NCBI GenBank assembly: GCA_963717505.1
Contig: OY970342.1
Coordinates: forward strand, 3,136,001 to 3,200,000
Reading direction: 5' to 3'
DNA length: 64,000 nt
From: Candidatus Eiseniibacteriota bacterium
GTDB taxonomy: Bacteria; Eisenbacteria; RBG-16-71-46
Shown in pieces: positions 20,558 to 34,727 of this stretch. Position numbers and translations under genes: made by a program. The notes under the pieces were generated by a model. The model was not told the origin of the DNA. It saw nothing but the letters and a program-made list of their open reading frames with translations, and did no database searches. How positions within the stretch are numbered: position 1 is the stretch's first letter; each line of letters opens with the position of its first letter.

Positions 20558-21264
20558 GTGCTCGCGGCTGGCTGTTCTACTTCATGCCCTACGGGGCACC
20601 CGAGCTCAAAGAGGTCGGGCGGAAGTACATGGTGCGCGCGGTCCTGGTGGCGTCGGCCGCGTGGATTCTCTTGTTCCTGATGTCGCTCGGGACGAATGCG
20701 TTCCTGCGTAGCCGGCCGCGGGAGACCAGCGTGATCGTCGTTCCCTACCGCGAGATCGCAGCTCCGCCGCCGCTGACCCAGGATGCGCCGCCGCCGCAGG
20801 TGGCGATCGCGCAGCCGGTCGCGCCACCGACCGTGGGTGTCGCGGTCCCGGTGCCCGACGCCGAAGCGCCGCCCGAGCAGACGATTGCCTCGCAGGAGGA
20901 GATCGCGGCTTCGACGCCGGGCGTCGAGTCCACCGGGGACATCGTCGTGGCCCCGCCCTCCGAAGACGAGTTGCCGGCGTTCGGCGAGTACGTCTACGTC
21001 GAAGAGCTTCCGGAAGCGGTGACCAAGGTGAACCCGAGCTACCCGGACATCGCGCGTGAAGCCGGGGTCGACGGCGTCGTCCTGGTCCAGGCGTTGGTCG
21101 GCAAGGACGGCAAGGTCAAGGACACCCGCATCGTGAAATCGATCCCGATGCTCGACAATTCCGCGGCGGACGCAGTCAAGCAGTGGGTGTTCAAGCCGGC
21201 GCTGTCGAACAACAAGCCGGTTGCCGTGTGGGTGGCCGTGCCGGTGCGCTTCAGCCTCCACTAG
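20554..21264 (+). CDS. tonB: energy transducer TonB
   Basis: PYGAPELK N-terminus, TM anchor, Pro-rich linker, PSYPDIAREAGVDGVV...WVFKPA C-terminal domain. Confidence 0.9.
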   Translation: MSARGWLFYFMPYGAPELKEVGRKYMVRAVLVASAAWILLFLMSLGTNAFLRSRPRETSVIVVPYREIAAPPPLTQDAPPPQVAIAQPVAPPTVGVAVPVPDAEAPPEQTIASQEEIAASTPGVESTGDIVVAPPSEDELPAFGEYVYVEELPEAVTKVNPSYPDIAREAGVDGVVLVQALVGKDGKVKDTRIVKSIPMLDNSAADAVKQWVFKPALSNNKPVAVWVAVPVRFSLH

Positions 21265-21316
21265 AATCGCGCGGTTCCGCGCTCGGGGATGGAAATCCCG
21301 CGCCGGTCTGGCCGCG

Positions 21317-21346
21317 TTGACGCGTCTTCCCGCGTTTCCCTACCCT
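21317..21346 (+). promoter_or_regulatory. sigma70-type promoter for the YIP1-TolC-ABC operon
   Basis: TTGACG-N18-TACCCT. Confidence 0.55.
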
Positions 21347-21406
21347 CGGCGCGCGAGTGCCTGCAGCGTTCCGCGCGCTTGCACCCCGTCCATTGGAGGT
21401 TCCCCC

Positions 21407-22153
21407 GTGATTTCGCCCGAAGCTGCGGTTCCCCCGGCCGCTCCGCCGGAGTTGTCCCCATGGTCGCGGTTCGTCGCCGTCTTCGTCCGGCCGGCTTCCG
21501 CCTGGGGTGGGCTCGACAAACCTCAGTGGTGGTACCCGATGCTCGTGACTCTGGCGCTCAGTCTCGGTTCGGTGGCCGTGCTTCACGATCGCGCCCTGAT
21601 GCCGATGCTGATCAGCCAGTGGGAGGAGGCGGTTGACGAGGGACGCATGCCACCCGAGCAGCTCGAGCGCATGGAATCGTTCTTCTCCGATGGGGGTGGC
21701 CGGATCGTCAACCTGAGCACCCAGGCGGTCGCGATCCCGTTGATCCTGATCATCACCGCAATCCTGCTCAGCTTCATCTGCGGTTTCCTGCTGGGCCACA
21801 AGCTGTCCTTCCGGCTGGCGCTCGAGGTGGCCTGTTGGTCGTCATTGATCAGCATTCCGTCGATCGTCCTGACGACGGTGATCGCCTGGCAGCGCGAGAC
21901 CATGGAGGGCATTCACCTCGGCTTCGGGGCCCTGCTGTCCGGCGCCGAGCCCAGCCGGATGACCAGCGCGATCGCCAGCACGCTCGACGCGTTCGGCCCG
22001 CTGGCGCTGTGGCAGGTTGCCGTGATGATCCTGGGAGCGAGCACCCTGTCGGGCGCGCCACGGGCCAAGACCGCCTGGGCGGTCGGGGGCGTGTACCTGG
22101 TCGTGATCGCTGGACTTGGCGCGTTGGGCGCCGCATTCGGCCGCGCGGGCTGA
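21407..22153 (+). CDS. YIP1 family membrane protein
   Basis: WSRFVAVFVRPASAW, about 5 TM helices, GGAGG RBS; typical partner of TolC-MacAB operons. Confidence 0.7.
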   Translation: MISPEAAVPPAAPPELSPWSRFVAVFVRPASAWGGLDKPQWWYPMLVTLALSLGSVAVLHDRALMPMLISQWEEAVDEGRMPPEQLERMESFFSDGGGRIVNLSTQAVAIPLILIITAILLSFICGFLLGHKLSFRLALEVACWSSLISIPSIVLTTVIAWQRETMEGIHLGFGALLSGAEPSRMTSAIASTLDAFGPLALWQVAVMILGASTLSGAPRAKTAWAVGGVYLVVIAGLGALGAAFGRAG

Positions 22154-22227
22154 TGGAAACCTTTCGAGACAAGGGCCGTAGTGCACGTGGTTCCACCGCC
22201 GGTCGGGGAACGTTTCATGGAGGATGC

Positions 22228-23565
22228 ATGAGCAGGAGTCATTGGACGCTGGCAGCAATGGTGGTGGTGCTGGCGACCGCGAGCGCGACCGCGGAAGCCC
22301 AGTTGTTGACCGTCGACCGAGCCGTCGAGATCGGTCGCGAACGCAGCTCGCTCACCGTGCAGGGCAAGGCCGGGGTGGTCGACGCCCAGGCGGGGCTCTA
22401 CGGCGCCTACTCGGGCATCCTGCCGCGCCTCTCCGCCGGCATCAGCCGCTCCGGGCAATGGACCGACAACCGCACCGGCAGCGAGCAGTTCGGCGGCGTC
22501 ACGCTGCCATCGGTCACGTTCGACGCCGAGGACTACTCGACCAACCCCGGGGTCACGGGCTCCTGGGCGATCCTCGATCTGGCGGCGATCTCGAACTTCT
22601 CGGCGGCGCGCAACAACCTCCGCGCCGCTCGGGACCGTGAGACCGCGACGCTCAACGATCTGACCTTCCAGGTGCGCGCCCAGTTCTACGAAGTCGTGCG
22701 CGCGGTCCAGCTGGCGCGGGTCAACGCCGAAGCCGTGCGTTTGGCGCGCGACGACGAGCGGCGCGTGCGCGCCCTGTTCGAGGTCGGTTCGGTGTCGAAG
22801 AGCGACCTGCTCGCCGCCCAGGTGCGAACCGCCCAAAGCGAGCTCGACTCGATCACCGCTCGGCACGCGATCACGACGACGCGGAACGACCTCGCGATCC
22901 TGATCGGTATGGAAGCGTCCGAGCTGGGCGAGGTCGACACGCTGCTGGCCTTCGCGCAGCAGACCTACGACGAAGCCGCGATTCTGGCCGAAGCCGAGCA
23001 GAATCGACCCGACATCATCGCGGCCGAGTCCGACATGACCGCGGCCGGAGCCGCGGTCAATGCCGCGCGATTCAATTACCTGCCCTACGTGACGGTCTCG
23101 GGGAGCGCCGCCTTCTCGCCCAAGTCCAGCTCGGCGCTGACCATCAATGACACGACGACCGTGAGTCGCAACGAAACCGACCAGGTTTTGCGCGGCACCG
23201 TGGCACTGAACTGGGACTTCTTCGATGGTCTGGCGGCCGAAGCGCAGCGGGCTCAGGCCAAGGCGCGGCAGATGCGGGCGCGAGACACGCGCGACGCACT
23301 GCGGCGCAACCTGGCGGCCGACGTGCGCGAGTCGCTGCTGCTCTACCAGGAGGCGACCGAAGCCCTGCGACTGGCCGAACGGGCCATGGAGTCGGCGGTC
23401 GAGAACAACAACCTGAACCAGCAGAAATACAACGTCGGCTCGTCGACGATTCTGGAGTTGATCAATGCGCAGGTGCAGCTGCAACAGGCCAGCAGCCAGA
23501 GGGTGACCGCATTGGCGGTGATCAAGGTCGCCGAAGCCCGCATCGAGCGGGTCCGCGGACGCTGA
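22228..23565 (+). CDS. TolC family outer membrane efflux protein
   Basis: signal peptide; FEVGSVSKSDLLAAQV, RPDIIAA, KYNVGSSTILELINAQ repeats. Confidence 0.9.
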   Translation: MSRSHWTLAAMVVVLATASATAEAQLLTVDRAVEIGRERSSLTVQGKAGVVDAQAGLYGAYSGILPRLSAGISRSGQWTDNRTGSEQFGGVTLPSVTFDAEDYSTNPGVTGSWAILDLAAISNFSAARNNLRAARDRETATLNDLTFQVRAQFYEVVRAVQLARVNAEAVRLARDDERRVRALFEVGSVSKSDLLAAQVRTAQSELDSITARHAITTTRNDLAILIGMEASELGEVDTLLAFAQQTYDEAAILAEAEQNRPDIIAAESDMTAAGAAVNAARFNYLPYVTVSGSAAFSPKSSSALTINDTTTVSRNETDQVLRGTVALNWDFFDGLAAEAQRAQAKARQMRARDTRDALRRNLAADVRESLLLYQEATEALRLAERAMESAVENNNLNQQKYNVGSSTILELINAQVQLQQASSQRVTALAVIKVAEARIERVRGR

Positions 23566-23598
23566 CGACCGCCGAGCTCGGGAAGGAGCACGCAGCGA

Positions 23599-24885
23599 AT
23601 GAAGCGCAAGTGGCTGTGGTTCGTCATTGGAGGCGTGGTCGTGCTCGCGCTGGTGGGGGTCAACGTCGTGCGCGGCGCCAAGGGGCGGGCCGAGTCCGTT
23701 CAGCTGGCGAAGGTGCGATCCGAGACCGTGACTTCGACGGTTCGCGCTCCGGGCAAGATCGAACCGCGCACCCAGGTCAAGGTCAGCGCTGACATCCCGG
23801 GGAAGATCGTGCGCCTGGCGGTCAAGGAAGGCGACACCGTACGCCGCGGCCAGCTCATGCTCCAGCTCGACGACACGCAGTACCGCGCCGCGCTCGAGCA
23901 GAGCCGCGCGGGTCTGGCGTCGGCGGAAGGCCGCCTGCGCGAGGCGACCACGGCGCTCAAGGTGTCGTCCTCGAACCTGACGCGCCAGAAAGCGCTCTAC
24001 GAGCAGAAGCTGCTGTCGGACGCCGAGTGGGACATCGCCATGCGCAATCACGAGTCCGCCGAGGTCGCGGTCAATACCGCGAACGAGGAAGTGGCTCGGA
24101 CCCGCGCGATGGTGACCGCCGCGGCGGACAACGTCAGCAAGATGCCGATTCCTGGCGCCGTTCGACGGTGTGGTCAGCGCGCTCAACGTCGAGGCCGGCG
24201 AGATCGTGATCACCGGGACCATGAACAATCCCGGCACCCAGATCCTCACGGTGTCCGACCTCTCGCGCATGCTGGTGCGCGCCGATGTCGACGAAACCGA
24301 CGTGGTCGACATGACCGTCGGCCAGAAGGCCAAGATCACGGTCGACGCGCTGCCCGACACGTCGTTCGGCGGCATGGTGCTCGAGATCGGCAACACCGCG
24401 AAGCGCTCGGCGACCTCGAGCATCGAGGGGCAGACCAACTTCGAAGTCAAAGTCGGCTTCGACGAGAACGTGCCCGCGATCCGGCCCGGGATGACGGCCG
24501 ACGTCGAGATCGAGACCGCGACCCGACGCGCAAGACGCTGGCGGTGCCGATCCAGGCGGTGGTGGTGCGCACCGACCGCGACCTGGAGCGTGCCGAGAAG
24601 CGCAAGAGCGGGGCGAAGAAGCCGCGCAAGGGGGACGCGATCGCCGCCGACGAGGACACGGTCGGACGCAAGGCCAAGGAGATCACCGGGGTCTTCGTGG
24701 TCAAGGACGGCGTGGCGACGTTCGTCCCGGTGCGCACCGGAATCGCGGGCGAGACGATGCTGGAGGTGTTCGGCGAGGTTCAGGCCGGCAACGAGATCGT
24801 CTCGGGACCCTACAAGGCGCTGCGCGACCTCAAGCCGGGCACCAAGGTCAAGGCCGAGACCGTGAAGCGCGCGGAGCGGCGCTGA
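23599..24885 (+). CDS. MacA-like periplasmic adaptor (compensating indels near 24142 and 24527)
   Basis: VKVSADIPGKIVRLAVKEGDTV; in an alternate frame APFDGVVSALNVEAGE, VDETDV, IRPGMTADVEI; then LAVPIQAVV. Confidence 0.88.
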   Translation: MKRKWLWFVIGGVVVLALVGVNVVRGAKGRAESVQLAKVRSETVTSTVRAPGKIEPRTQVKVSADIPGKIVRLAVKEGDTVRRGQLMLQLDDTQYRAALEQSRAGLASAEGRLREATTALKVSSSNLTRQKALYEQKLLSDAEWDIAMRNHESAEVAVNTANEEVARTRAMVTAAADNVSKMPIPGAVRRCGQRAQRRGRRDRDHRDHEQSRHPDPHGVRPLAHAGARRCRRNRRGRHDRRPEGQDHGRRAARHVVRRHGARDRQHREALGDLEHRGADQLRSQSRLRRERARDPARDDGRRRDRDRDPTRKTLAVPIQAVVVRTDRDLERAEKRKSGAKKPRKGDAIAADEDTVGRKAKEITGVFVVKDGVATFVPVRTGIAGETMLEVFGEVQAGNEIVSGPYKALRDLKPGTKVKAETVKRAERR

Positions 24886-25597
24886 TGCTGATCCAGCTCC
24901 GCGAGTTGCACGCGGATCTACGAGATGGGGGCGGAGAAGGTCCACGCCCTGGCCGGCGTCGACCTCGACATCGCCGAGAACGAGTACGTGGCGATCATGG
25001 GGCCGTCGGGCTCCGGGAAGTCGACGCTGATGAACATCATCGGCTGCCTCGATACGCCGTCGAGCGGCAGCTACAAGCTCAAGGACACCGAGATCGGCAA
25101 GCTGAGCGACGACGAGCTGGCGCGCATCCGCAATCAGGAGATCGGTTTCGTGTTCCAGACGTTCAACCTGCTGCCACGCGCCGACGCGCTGCACAACGTC
25201 GAGCTGCCCCTGGTCTACGCCGGGCGTCAAGCACGAGGAGCGGCGCAAGCGCGCGCGCGAGGCCCTGGAGCTGGTCGGCCTCGGCGACCGCATGAAGCAC
25301 CGGCCCAACGAGCTGTCGGGCGGGCAGCGCCAGCGCGTGGCGATCGCCCGCGCGCTGGTCAACCGGCCGAGCATCATCCTGGCCGACGAACCGACCGGGA
25401 ATCTCGACTCCTCGACCGGCGAGGAGATCATGGCGTCCTTCGCGCGCATCTGGAGCCAGGGCAACACGGTCATCCTGGTGACCCACGAGGCCGACATCGC
25501 GGCGCATGCCCGCCGCGTGGTGCGCATGCGCGACGGCAAGATCGAGAGCGACGTGTCCAGTACCTCGAGCACCGTCCCCGCGGCGCCGGCGTCGTGA
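24885..25597 (+). CDS. MacB/LolD-type ABC ATPase (indels near 24909 and 25222)
   Basis: [49 protein letters not shown] across frames. Confidence 0.9.
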
Positions 25598-26811
25598 ACC
25601 TCCGCGAGAGCGCCGGCATCGCCCTGGGTGCGATCCGGGCCAACAAGCTGCGCTCGTTCCTGACGCTGCTCGGCACCATCATCGGCGTCGCGTCGGTGAT
25701 CGCCGTGGTCTCGTTCGTCGAAGGCCTGAACCGCTTCGTCGCCGACAAGGTGCTCCAGGCCGGCTCGAACGTCTTCTACGTCGACAAATGGGGCTTCATC
25801 ACCAGCCAGGAAGCCTGGGAGGAGGCGCAGAAGCGCCCCGACGTCACGATCGACGACGCCGACGCGCTGCGTCGCGGAGTCAGCCACGCGGCCCTGGTGG
25901 TCGCGATGGCCGATCAGCGCGAGACGGTTCGTTACCGCACCAAGACGCATGAACGGCGTCAGCGTCTCCGGTCGCAGCGCGGATACGAGATCATCGACGA
26001 TCTGACCATCGCCGACGGGCGGCATCTGAGCGATCTCGACGATCGCCGCCGGCGGATGGTGTGCGTCATCGGTCCGGAGATCGCGGAAGAGCTGTTCCCG
26101 GGTCTCGATCCCATGGGCCGGGTGATCCGGGTCGGCGCCCAGTCGTTCCAGGTGATCGGCGTGACGCAGAAGAAGGGCAAGCTGCTCGGCCAGAACCGCG
26201 ATCGCTTCGTCGCGATCCCGATCCGAACGTTCGTCAAACACAAGCAGGAGCGGGCGTCGGTGACCGTGGCGATCAAGAGTGTCGACCAGGCCACGCTGCC
26301 GACGGCACAGCACGAAGCGCGCAACGTGCTGCGCGGCCGGCGTCACCTGGCGCCGGGGCGGCCCGACAACTTCGGCATCCAGACCTCCGAGACCTGGATG
26401 CAGTTCTACCACAACCTGACCGGCGGCATCTTCTTCGTGTCCATCGGCGTCGCCGCGATCTCGCTGGTGGTCGGCGGCATCGTGATCATGAACATCATGC
26501 TGGTCTCGGTGACCGAGCGGACGCGCGAGATCGGCGTGCGCAAGGCGCTGGGCGCGCGCCGGCGCGACATCCTGATCCAGTTCCTGATCGAGGCGACGAC
26601 CTTGTCGCTGGCCGGGGGCATCAGCGGCATCGTGCTCGGCGGAGGGCTGGCGCTGCTGGTCGGCGCCGTGAGCCCGCTGCCGGCGGCAATCAGCATGCCG
26701 GCGGTGATCATGGGCATCTTCATGTCGTGCGGGATCGGATTGTTCTTCGGCTCGTACCCGGCCTGGCGCGCCGCGCGCCTCGATCCCATCGAAGCGCTGC
26801 GCTACGAGTAG
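25594..26811 (+). CDS. MacB/FtsX-type ABC permease
   Basis: [57 protein letters not shown]. Confidence 0.92.
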   Translation: MNLRESAGIALGAIRANKLRSFLTLLGTIIGVASVIAVVSFVEGLNRFVADKVLQAGSNVFYVDKWGFITSQEAWEEAQKRPDVTIDDADALRRGVSHAALVVAMADQRETVRYRTKTHERRQRLRSQRGYEIIDDLTIADGRHLSDLDDRRRRMVCVIGPEIAEELFPGLDPMGRVIRVGAQSFQVIGVTQKKGKLLGQNRDRFVAIPIRTFVKHKQERASVTVAIKSVDQATLPTAQHEARNVLRGRRHLAPGRPDNFGIQTSETWMQFYHNLTGGIFFVSIGVAAISLVVGGIVIMNIMLVSVTERTREIGVRKALGARRRDILIQFLIEATTLSLAGGISGIVLGGGLALLVGAVSPLPAAISMPAVIMGIFMSCGIGLFFGSYPAWRAARLDPIEALRYE

Positions 26812-26814
26812 GCC

Positions 26815-28084
26815 GTGAGTCTCCACTGGATCGCGAGAATTCCTGGCGATGGCCAGCACCGCACTGGTCGCCAACCGGCTGCGGTCGGCGCTCGCCCTGC
26901 TCGGGATCGTCATCGGCGTCGGCACGGTCATCGGCATGGTCGCGCTGATCAACGGCTTCCAGCGCTCGTTCCAGCAGAGCATCCAGTCGATCGGCCAGAA
27001 CACCATCTTCATCCGGCGCATCCGCCCCGGCGTCATCATCAACGGGCAGATCCCGGACAGCCTGAGGCAGCGCAAGGCGTTCACCATGGACGACGCGCGC
27101 GCGATCCTCGACCACTGCCCGGCGGTGCTCGCGGTGTCGCCGTTCAAGTTCCCGTACCAGGACCTGCGTCTGCGCCACCACGACAAGCTGACCAAGGTCA
27201 CCTTCGTGTTCGGCACCAACGAAGACTACATGCGCACCCACGGCTACGAGCTGGCGCGCGGGCGGTTCTTCACCGGCGAGGAGGTCCAGCGTCGCGCCAA
27301 CGTCGTGGTCCTGGGCAAGGACACCCGCGACGCCCTGTTCGGCAACCGCGACCCGATCGGCGAGCGCGTGCACATCGGCAACATTCCCTTCACCGTGGTC
27401 GGCGAGGCCGAGGAGAAGGGCCGGATCCTGGGCAACAACTTCGACGAAGTCGCGATCGTGCCGTACGCGACCGTCGACAAGTACTTCCCGGCGCCCGACG
27501 ACGCGCCGCCCTGGTTCCCGAAACGCGGGGAGCTGTTCCTGGACGCGATCGCGGTTTCGCCCGAGATGGACGAGGAGGCTCAGCGCCAGATCATCGACGT
27601 CCTGCGCATCCGGCGGCACCTGCCGAGCCACAAGAACAACGACTTCGTCGTGTTCTCGGACGACGCCTTCCTCCAGCTCTACCAGACCGTGACCGGGGGA
27701 ATCGTGCTGCTCATGACCCTGATCTCGTCGGTGGCGCTGGTGGTCGGCGGCATCGGCGTCATGAACATCATGCTGGTCGCGGTCACCGAGCGGACGCGTG
27801 AGATCGGCGTGCGCAAGGCGTTGGGTGCCCCGCGAAGGGCGATCCTCGCCCAGTTCCTGATCGAGGCCGTGCTGCTGACCGCCGCCGGCGGCGTGGTCGG
27901 CATCCTGCTCGGTGCCGGCGTGTCGTGGCTGGTGCGCCTGGCCACACCGCTGCCCTCTTACGTGTCGCCGTGGTCGGTGATCACCGCGCTCCTGTTCTCG
28001 GCGGGGGTGGGAATGTTCTTCGGCATCTACCCCGCGATGCGTGCGTCGCGTCTCGACCCGGTGGACTCGCTCCGGTACGAGTGA
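26815..28084 (+). CDS. MacB/FtsX-type ABC permease, second copy (indel near the 5' end)
   Basis: [57 protein letters not shown]. Confidence 0.92.
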
Positions 28085-28136
28085 CCGTGGACGGTCCCCC
28101 GGCGGCTTGCGCCGGGCTGGTATAGTCGCCCGTCCC

Positions 28137-31080
<2,944 letters not shown>

Positions 31081-31131
31081 TGCCGCGGTAGCCCGACCGC
31101 GAACGTTCCGACACGCCGACCTCGGAGTGAC

Positions 31132-32258
31132 ATGAATCCCGGTACCCCCGCCGTGACCGCGATGCCGCGCACTGCCACGTCGGCGCCTCCGCGCACGATG
31201 CGCGCGGTGGTCAAGACCGGCTCGAGCCCCGGTGCGGAAATCCGCGAGGTGCCGACACCGGCGGCCGGCCCGGGCGAGTTGCTCCTGCGAGTGTTGCGCG
31301 CGGGCGTGTGCGGCACCGACCTGCACATCGTCAATTGGGACCGATGGTCCCAGGGACGCATACGCCCGCCGGTCACGCTCGGCCACGAATTCGTCGGCGA
31401 GATCGTCGCGTGGGGTCCGGGAGTTACCGGATTCACCCCCGGCGAGCGGGTCTCGTGCGAGAGCCACATCGTGTGCGGCGTCTGCGTCGCATGCCGAACC
31501 GGCAACGGGCATGTCTGCGAGCAGACGCGCATCCTGGGAGTGGACGTCAACGGCGGCTTCGCCGAGTACGTCGCCGTGCCGGCGGTCAATGCCTGGCGCG
31601 CGCCAGCGAACGTTTCACTCGAGGTTGCGGCGGTCATGGAGCCGCTCGGCAACGCGGTGCACACCGCGTTCGCCGGGCCCCTGTCCGCGTGCAACATCCT
31701 GGTCACCGGTTGCGGTCCGATCGGCCTGTTCGCGGTCGGGGTCGCGCGCGCGGCGGGTGCCAGCCGGGTATTCGCCAGCGACATCTCACCCTATCGCCTG
31801 GATCTCGCCCGCCGCATGAAGGCGGACGCGGTCCTGGACGCGGGCCGCGAGAACGTCGTCGAGCGGGTGCGCGAGCTGACCGGGGGCGAAGGGGTCGATG
31901 GGGTGTTGGAGATGTCCGGGCACCCGCAGGCGCTGCGCGATGGGCTCGCGGCCTTGCGCAACGGCGGGCGGCTGTCGCTGCTCGGCCTGCCGACCGAACC
32001 CTTCGAGCTGGACTGGAACCGGCTGGTGATCTTCAAAGGGGTCACGATTCACGGCATCATTGGCCGGCGCATGTACGAGACCTGGTACCAAATGGATCAC
32101 CTGCTGGGATCGGGGCGGCTCGACGTGCGGGCGGCGATCACCCATGTCCTGCCGATGGAGCGGTTTCTCGAGGCCATCGATCTCCTCCGCTCCGGCGCCG
32201 CCGGGAAGGTGGTGCTGGTACCGTGGGGCGCCGGCGAATCGGCGGTGGAGGCGGGATC

Positions 32259-32262
<4 letters not shown>
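31132..32262 (+). CDS. tdh: L-threonine 3-dehydrogenase (start may be ~31198)
   Basis: CGTDLHI..WDRWSQ, GHEFVG, CGVCVAC...[19 protein letters not shown]; adjacent to kbl. Confidence 0.93.
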
Positions 32263-33470
<1,208 letters not shown>

Positions 33471-33482
33471 GACCTTCGGCGG

Positions 33483-34727
33483 CTAGTACTCCCGCCACGA
33501 CAGCGTCGCGAACTCGCCTCCGTACTTCGCGATGTTCTGCTCGATCGCTTCCTTACTGAACAGGAGCGTTGCGCCGCCGTTGGCGTGCTTCAGCTCGGTC
33601 ACGCCGCGCACGATCACCGCGCCCAGGATCCACGCGCCGCCGTTCATCTTGAGGTCGCCCTCGACGTAGATCATGCCGCGGAACGTGAAGTTGCCGTTGC
33701 AGGTCAGATCGCCGTCGACGTACAGGAAACCTTCGCCATTGCCGCCGTGGTAGGCGAAGCTGCCCGACTGGTCCTGGGTGGTCGTGTTGTTGTCGAGGTA
33801 GTAGATGCCCCGGGGCGGGGAAGGCTCGTTGCTGAGCGGGCTGCCCACCCAGGAGAAGAACTCGGCCTGGGTCATCTGCAGCGCCTGCCATGGTCCATCG
33901 TAGAAGCCGACCTGGTTCTCGACCACCGCCTGCGGGGTGCCGAACTGCTGGCTGGCCCCGCCGGCCTGGGTGGTCGACGTGGTCCACGCGCCGGGGAGGT
34001 CGTCCGTGCCGTCCTCCCATTGCGGGGGCACGGCCGCGAGATCCTCGGCGCAGCCGCCGCCGACGAATCGACCGCCCGACCCGGTTCCGGTCGGTGTGTC
34101 GCCACGATGGTCGAAGCCGCAAACCACGGAGTTGCCGAGGAATCGGATCGACACATCGGCGGTCAACGCGCCGAAAATGCTGAGGTTGACCGGCTTGCGG
34201 AACACTTCGGTCTGCACGCGACGTACGTCCTGGTTCACGCGACCCGTCGAAGTGATGCTGAAGATCGGGTATCCGGAGACCGTCTGAACCGAAGGGTCCT
34301 TGCTCGAGTCGTAGCGGAAGATCTCGGTGCGTGCCGCGTTGGTCTTGTACCGGACGGTGAGCACTTCTGAATCGCGGCTCGCCTTGCTGTAGGGAAGCCA
34401 GTCGCCGATCGGCTGGGCCGTCGGTAGTGCGGTCGAGTCCGGGCCGAGCACCGGCACGGAGCCGGTGCTGGTCAGGAAGATCTGCGTGACCATGAGCGGG
34501 TTGCCGTTGTCCGGCACGTCGCCGGCGCGCAGGCGCGAGACCGCTTCACCGACGCCGGCTTCGGCGAGATTGAGCGCGTTGGTCAAGCGGACCTCGTGGC
34601 CCGCGATCTTGGTGTCGGAATTGAGGGTGGCGAGCAGCGCGAGTGCGACCGCAGCCATCACGGTGAGCACCATGAGGGCCATGAGGACGCCGATGCCGCG
34701 CTCCGCGTGCGGGTGGGCGGCGGTCAT
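33483..34727 (-). CDS. PilX-like minor pilin / pilus assembly protein
   Basis: ERG|IGVLMALMVL class III signal, ALNLAEAGVGEA, C-terminal G.LYVDGDL..NG..TFRGMIYVEGDL and LSWREY. Confidence 0.75.
   Translation of the reverse strand: MTAAHPHAERGIGVLMALMVLTVMAAVALALLATLNSDTKIAGHEVRLTNALNLAEAGVGEAVSRLRAGDVPDNGNPLMVTQIFLTSTGSVPVLGPDSTALPTAQPIGDWLPYSKASRDSEVLTVRYKTNAARTEIFRYDSSKDPSVQTVSGYPIFSITSTGRVNQDVRRVQTEVFRKPVNLSIFGALTADVSIRFLGNSVVCGFDHRGDTPTGTGSGGRFVGGGCAEDLAAVPPQWEDGTDDLPGAWTTSTTQAGGASQQFGTPQAVVENQVGFYDGPWQALQMTQAEFFSWVGSPLSNEPSPPRGIYYLDNNTTTQDQSGSFAYHGGNGEGFLYVDGDLTCNGNFTFRGMIYVEGDLKMNGGAWILGAVIVRGVTELKHANGGATLLFSKEAIEQNIAKYGGEFATLSWREY

Noticed and set aside
24925-26811. apparent fused ATPase-permease MacB (628-aa ORF)
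   Set aside because: The join results from an indel near 25222; the ATPase C-terminal half is in another frame and ends at 25597.
21913-27219. 1768-aa minus-strand ORF, and other long antisense ORFs such as 55661-58234 and 27981-30215
   Set aside because: Shadow frames opposite well-supported plus-strand genes; expected in high-GC DNA; no recognisable motifs.
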